64,000 bases of DNA, taken from positions 62,001 to 126,000 of the forward strand of contig NIVC01002063.1 of NCBI GenBank assembly GCA_002269645.1. The letters are read 5' to 3'. Source of the DNA: Macrostomum lignano (lineage: Eukaryota). The notes below the pieces were generated by a model. The model was not told the origin of the DNA. It did not search any database and saw only the letters and a program-made list of their open reading frames with translations. Of this stretch, positions 61,701-64,000 are shown in pieces (positions within the stretch are counted from its first letter, which is position 1; the number at the start of each line of letters is the position of its first letter). Both the position numbers and the translations under genes were made by a program.

Positions 61701-62475
61701 CTCAACTCTAAAACACTGAGAAATCCCAAATCTTGATATCTCAACTCTAAAACACTGAGAAATCCCAAATCTTGATATCTCAACTCTAAAACACTGAGAA
61801 ATCCCAAATCTTGATATCTCAATTCCCTCAGACACAAAGAAATCCCAAATCTTGAGATCTCAGCTCTGCAACCTCTGTTTATGACATCTCAGAGATCCCA
61901 ACCATCGCTCCCGCAGAGGCATTTACCCTGGCGGCGAGAGCTGCCCCCGCAGCGACGGACTGGGCCCTCTCCGCCTGCATTCGACCTACCGACACGACTT
62001 GAAAATCTATGCTAGCGACGAGGGCCGCGTCCAAACCACGGCGGCCGCATTTGCCAAGGGTTTCCTAGACCTCGAAGGCCCTTTAACTCCAATCCTAGTC
62101 CAGATGGTACAGTCTGGCAATACCAGCGGCCTGTTGGACTCGGACAACACTGCCCGGAAGTGCATGTCGGCGGTGAAATGTCGGATTCAGGAGAGCATGA
62201 GCCTGGATCGAGACTTCACTGAAGCGGATGTCCAGCAGATCGCTCCGGATGGTTCTGCAGCTCTGATCAGAGCAATGTGCAATCTGGGCAATCCCAAGGC
62301 TGCCTGCAGGGGCATGCGGGACGGCATCGAGGCTCTGATTGCTCAGTTAGAACAGATGGAGCTTCAGCCAGCGACGCAGCTGTATCACGGCGAGACTGTT
62401 GAGCTGGCGCTGGGTCGGTGGCAGAAGCTCTTGAAAGATTTTCAACTCGATAATGATCAGTTTCAATTGGCTAAG
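55733..62475 (+). CDS. PPIP5K: Inositol hexakisphosphate/diphosphoinositol-pentakisphosphate kinase (PPIP5K/VIP1), partial; 3' exons not found in the window
   Basis: Exons 55733-56050 ([15 protein letters not shown]...[14 protein letters not shown]), 56564-56899 ([31 protein letters not shown]...YEEFM), 58816-59466 ([19 protein letters not shown]...[23 protein letters not shown]...VIRHSDRT), 60159-60370 ([14 protein letters not shown]), 61917-62475 ([21 protein letters not shown]). Confidence 0.96.
56080..56470. repeat. (GATT)n/(GACT)n simple repeats
   Basis: Directly visible. Confidence 0.88.
56905..57600. repeat. TG-rich low-complexity repeat (GTGTGTCT)
   Basis: Directly visible, starting at the donor of PPIP5K exon 2. 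Confidence 0.9.
58080..58705. repeat. Minisatellite, ~45-bp unit (CCAGGTGAGAGAGTCAAGATAATTACC..CCCCAAACCCCAACT)
   Basis: About 14 copies visible. Confidence 0.92.
59570..60105. repeat. Minisatellite, ~35-bp unit (CAGACACCTGTAACCGGGGAAAACCCATTAGCTAAT)
   Basis: Directly visible. Confidence 0.92.
60385..60775. repeat. Degenerate ~15-bp repeat (TCTAATCTCAC..)
   Basis: Directly visible. Confidence 0.88.
61365..61860. repeat. Minisatellite, 39-bp unit (GAGAAATCCCAAATCTTGATATCTCAACTCTAAAACACT)
   Basis: Directly visible. Confidence 0.93.
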
Positions 62476-62556
62476 GTTGGCGCTGTCTCTGTTGTCCTGT
62501 TTGCACCCTTGGTTCTCATGCTCTTGGCGCCACTTGATTCTGAGTACTGGCGCTGC

Positions 62557-63810
62557 TAATCCTCTAATCTCGACGATACTAATCCTCTAATCTTGACGAT
62601 ACTAATCCTCTAATCTTGACGAAACTAATCCTCTAATCTTGACGACACTAATCCTCTAATCTTGACGACACTAATCCTCTAATCTTGACGATACTAATCC
62701 TCAAATCTTGACGACACTAATCCTCTAATCTTGACGATACTAATCCTCAAATCTTGACGACACTAATCCTCTAATCTTGACGATACTAATCCTCAAATCT
62801 TGACGATACTAATCCTCTAATCATGAAGATACTAATCCTCTAATCATGACGATACTAATCCTCTAATCATGACGATACTAATCCTCTAATCTTGACGATA
62901 CTAATCCTCTAATCTTGACGATACTAATCCTCTAATCTTGACGATACTAATCCTCTAATCTTGACGATACTAATCCTCTAATCATGACGATACCAATCCT
63001 CTAATCTTGACGATACTAATCCTCTAATCATGACGATACTAATCCTCTAATCATGACGATACTAATCCTCTAATCATGACGATACTAATCCTCAAATCTT
63101 GACGACACTAATCCTCAAATCTTGATGCCACTAATCCTCTAATCATGACGATACTAATCCTCAAATCTTGACGATACTAATCCTCTAATCTTGACGATAC
63201 TAATCCTCAAATCTTGACGATACTAATCCTCTAATCATGACGATACTAATCCTCTAATCTTGACGACACTAATCCTCAAATCTTGATGCCACTAATCCTC
63301 TAATTATGACGATACTAATCCTCTAATTATGACGATACTAATCCTCTAATCTTGACGATACTAATCCTCAAATCTTGACGATACTAATCCTCTAATCATG
63401 ACGATACTAATCCTCTAATCTTGACGATACTAATCCTCTAATCATGACGATACTAATCCTCAAATCTTGACGACACTAATCCTCAAATCTTGATGCCACT
63501 AATCATCTAATCATGACGATACTAATCCTCAAATCTTGACGATACTAATCCTCTAATCTTGACGATACTAATCCTCAAATCTTGACGATACTAATCCTCT
63601 AATCTTGACGATACTAATCCTCTAATCTTGACGATACTAATCCTCAAATCTTGACGATACTAATCCTCAAATCTTGACGATACTAATCCTCTAATCTTGA
63701 CGATACTAATCCTCTAATCTTGACGATACTAATCCTCAAATCTTGACGATACTAATCCTCTAATCTTGACGATACTAATCCTCTAATCTTGATGCCACTA
63801 ATCCTCTAAT
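62557..63810. repeat. Minisatellite, 23-bp unit (ACTAATCCTCTAATCTTGACGAT)
   Basis: Directly visible. Confidence 0.95.
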
Positions 63811-64000
63811 ACATGTATTACCGTTACAAGTCATTTAATCTTAGCGCCACTAATCTTTAAATCTCGACGTCACTAATCCTCTAATCTTGGTTTGAAACCA
63901 TACTTTTCCTTTTTCTGACGACGCCCTGCACTTTAGATGGCAGTTAGTTAGGACCTACCTGCATTACCAACAGAAATCCCCAATCTAGCCGCTAATAAAC

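Overview
Intron-rich animal genomic DNA. GC-rich exons are separated by introns packed with 12-60 bp minisatellites; this style suggests the flatworm Macrostomum, which is an inference only. Genes were built by hand from GT-AG junctions and phase continuity. In order: (1) the 3' half of an RDL-like GABA-gated chloride channel (+); (2) a protostome-type cytoplasmic intermediate filament gene (+); (3) SNAPC3/SNAP50 (-), with a frameshifted C-type-lectin/PAN gene nested in its largest intron; (4) SNAPC4/SNAP190 (-), whose stop codon lies only about 1.7 kb upstream of the SNAPC3 start on the same strand; (5) a divergent casein kinase 1 family gene (-); (6) an uncharacterised four-repeat-domain protein (+); (7) the 5' part of PPIP5K/VIP1 (+). 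There are also two tRNA-derived SINE families (one CORE/MIR-like), two nested MITEs with intact TSDs, and about 30 tandem arrays. The most striking observation is the head-to-tail adjacency of two SNAPc core subunits, a candidate trans-spliced operon for the snRNA/SL-RNA transcription factor.
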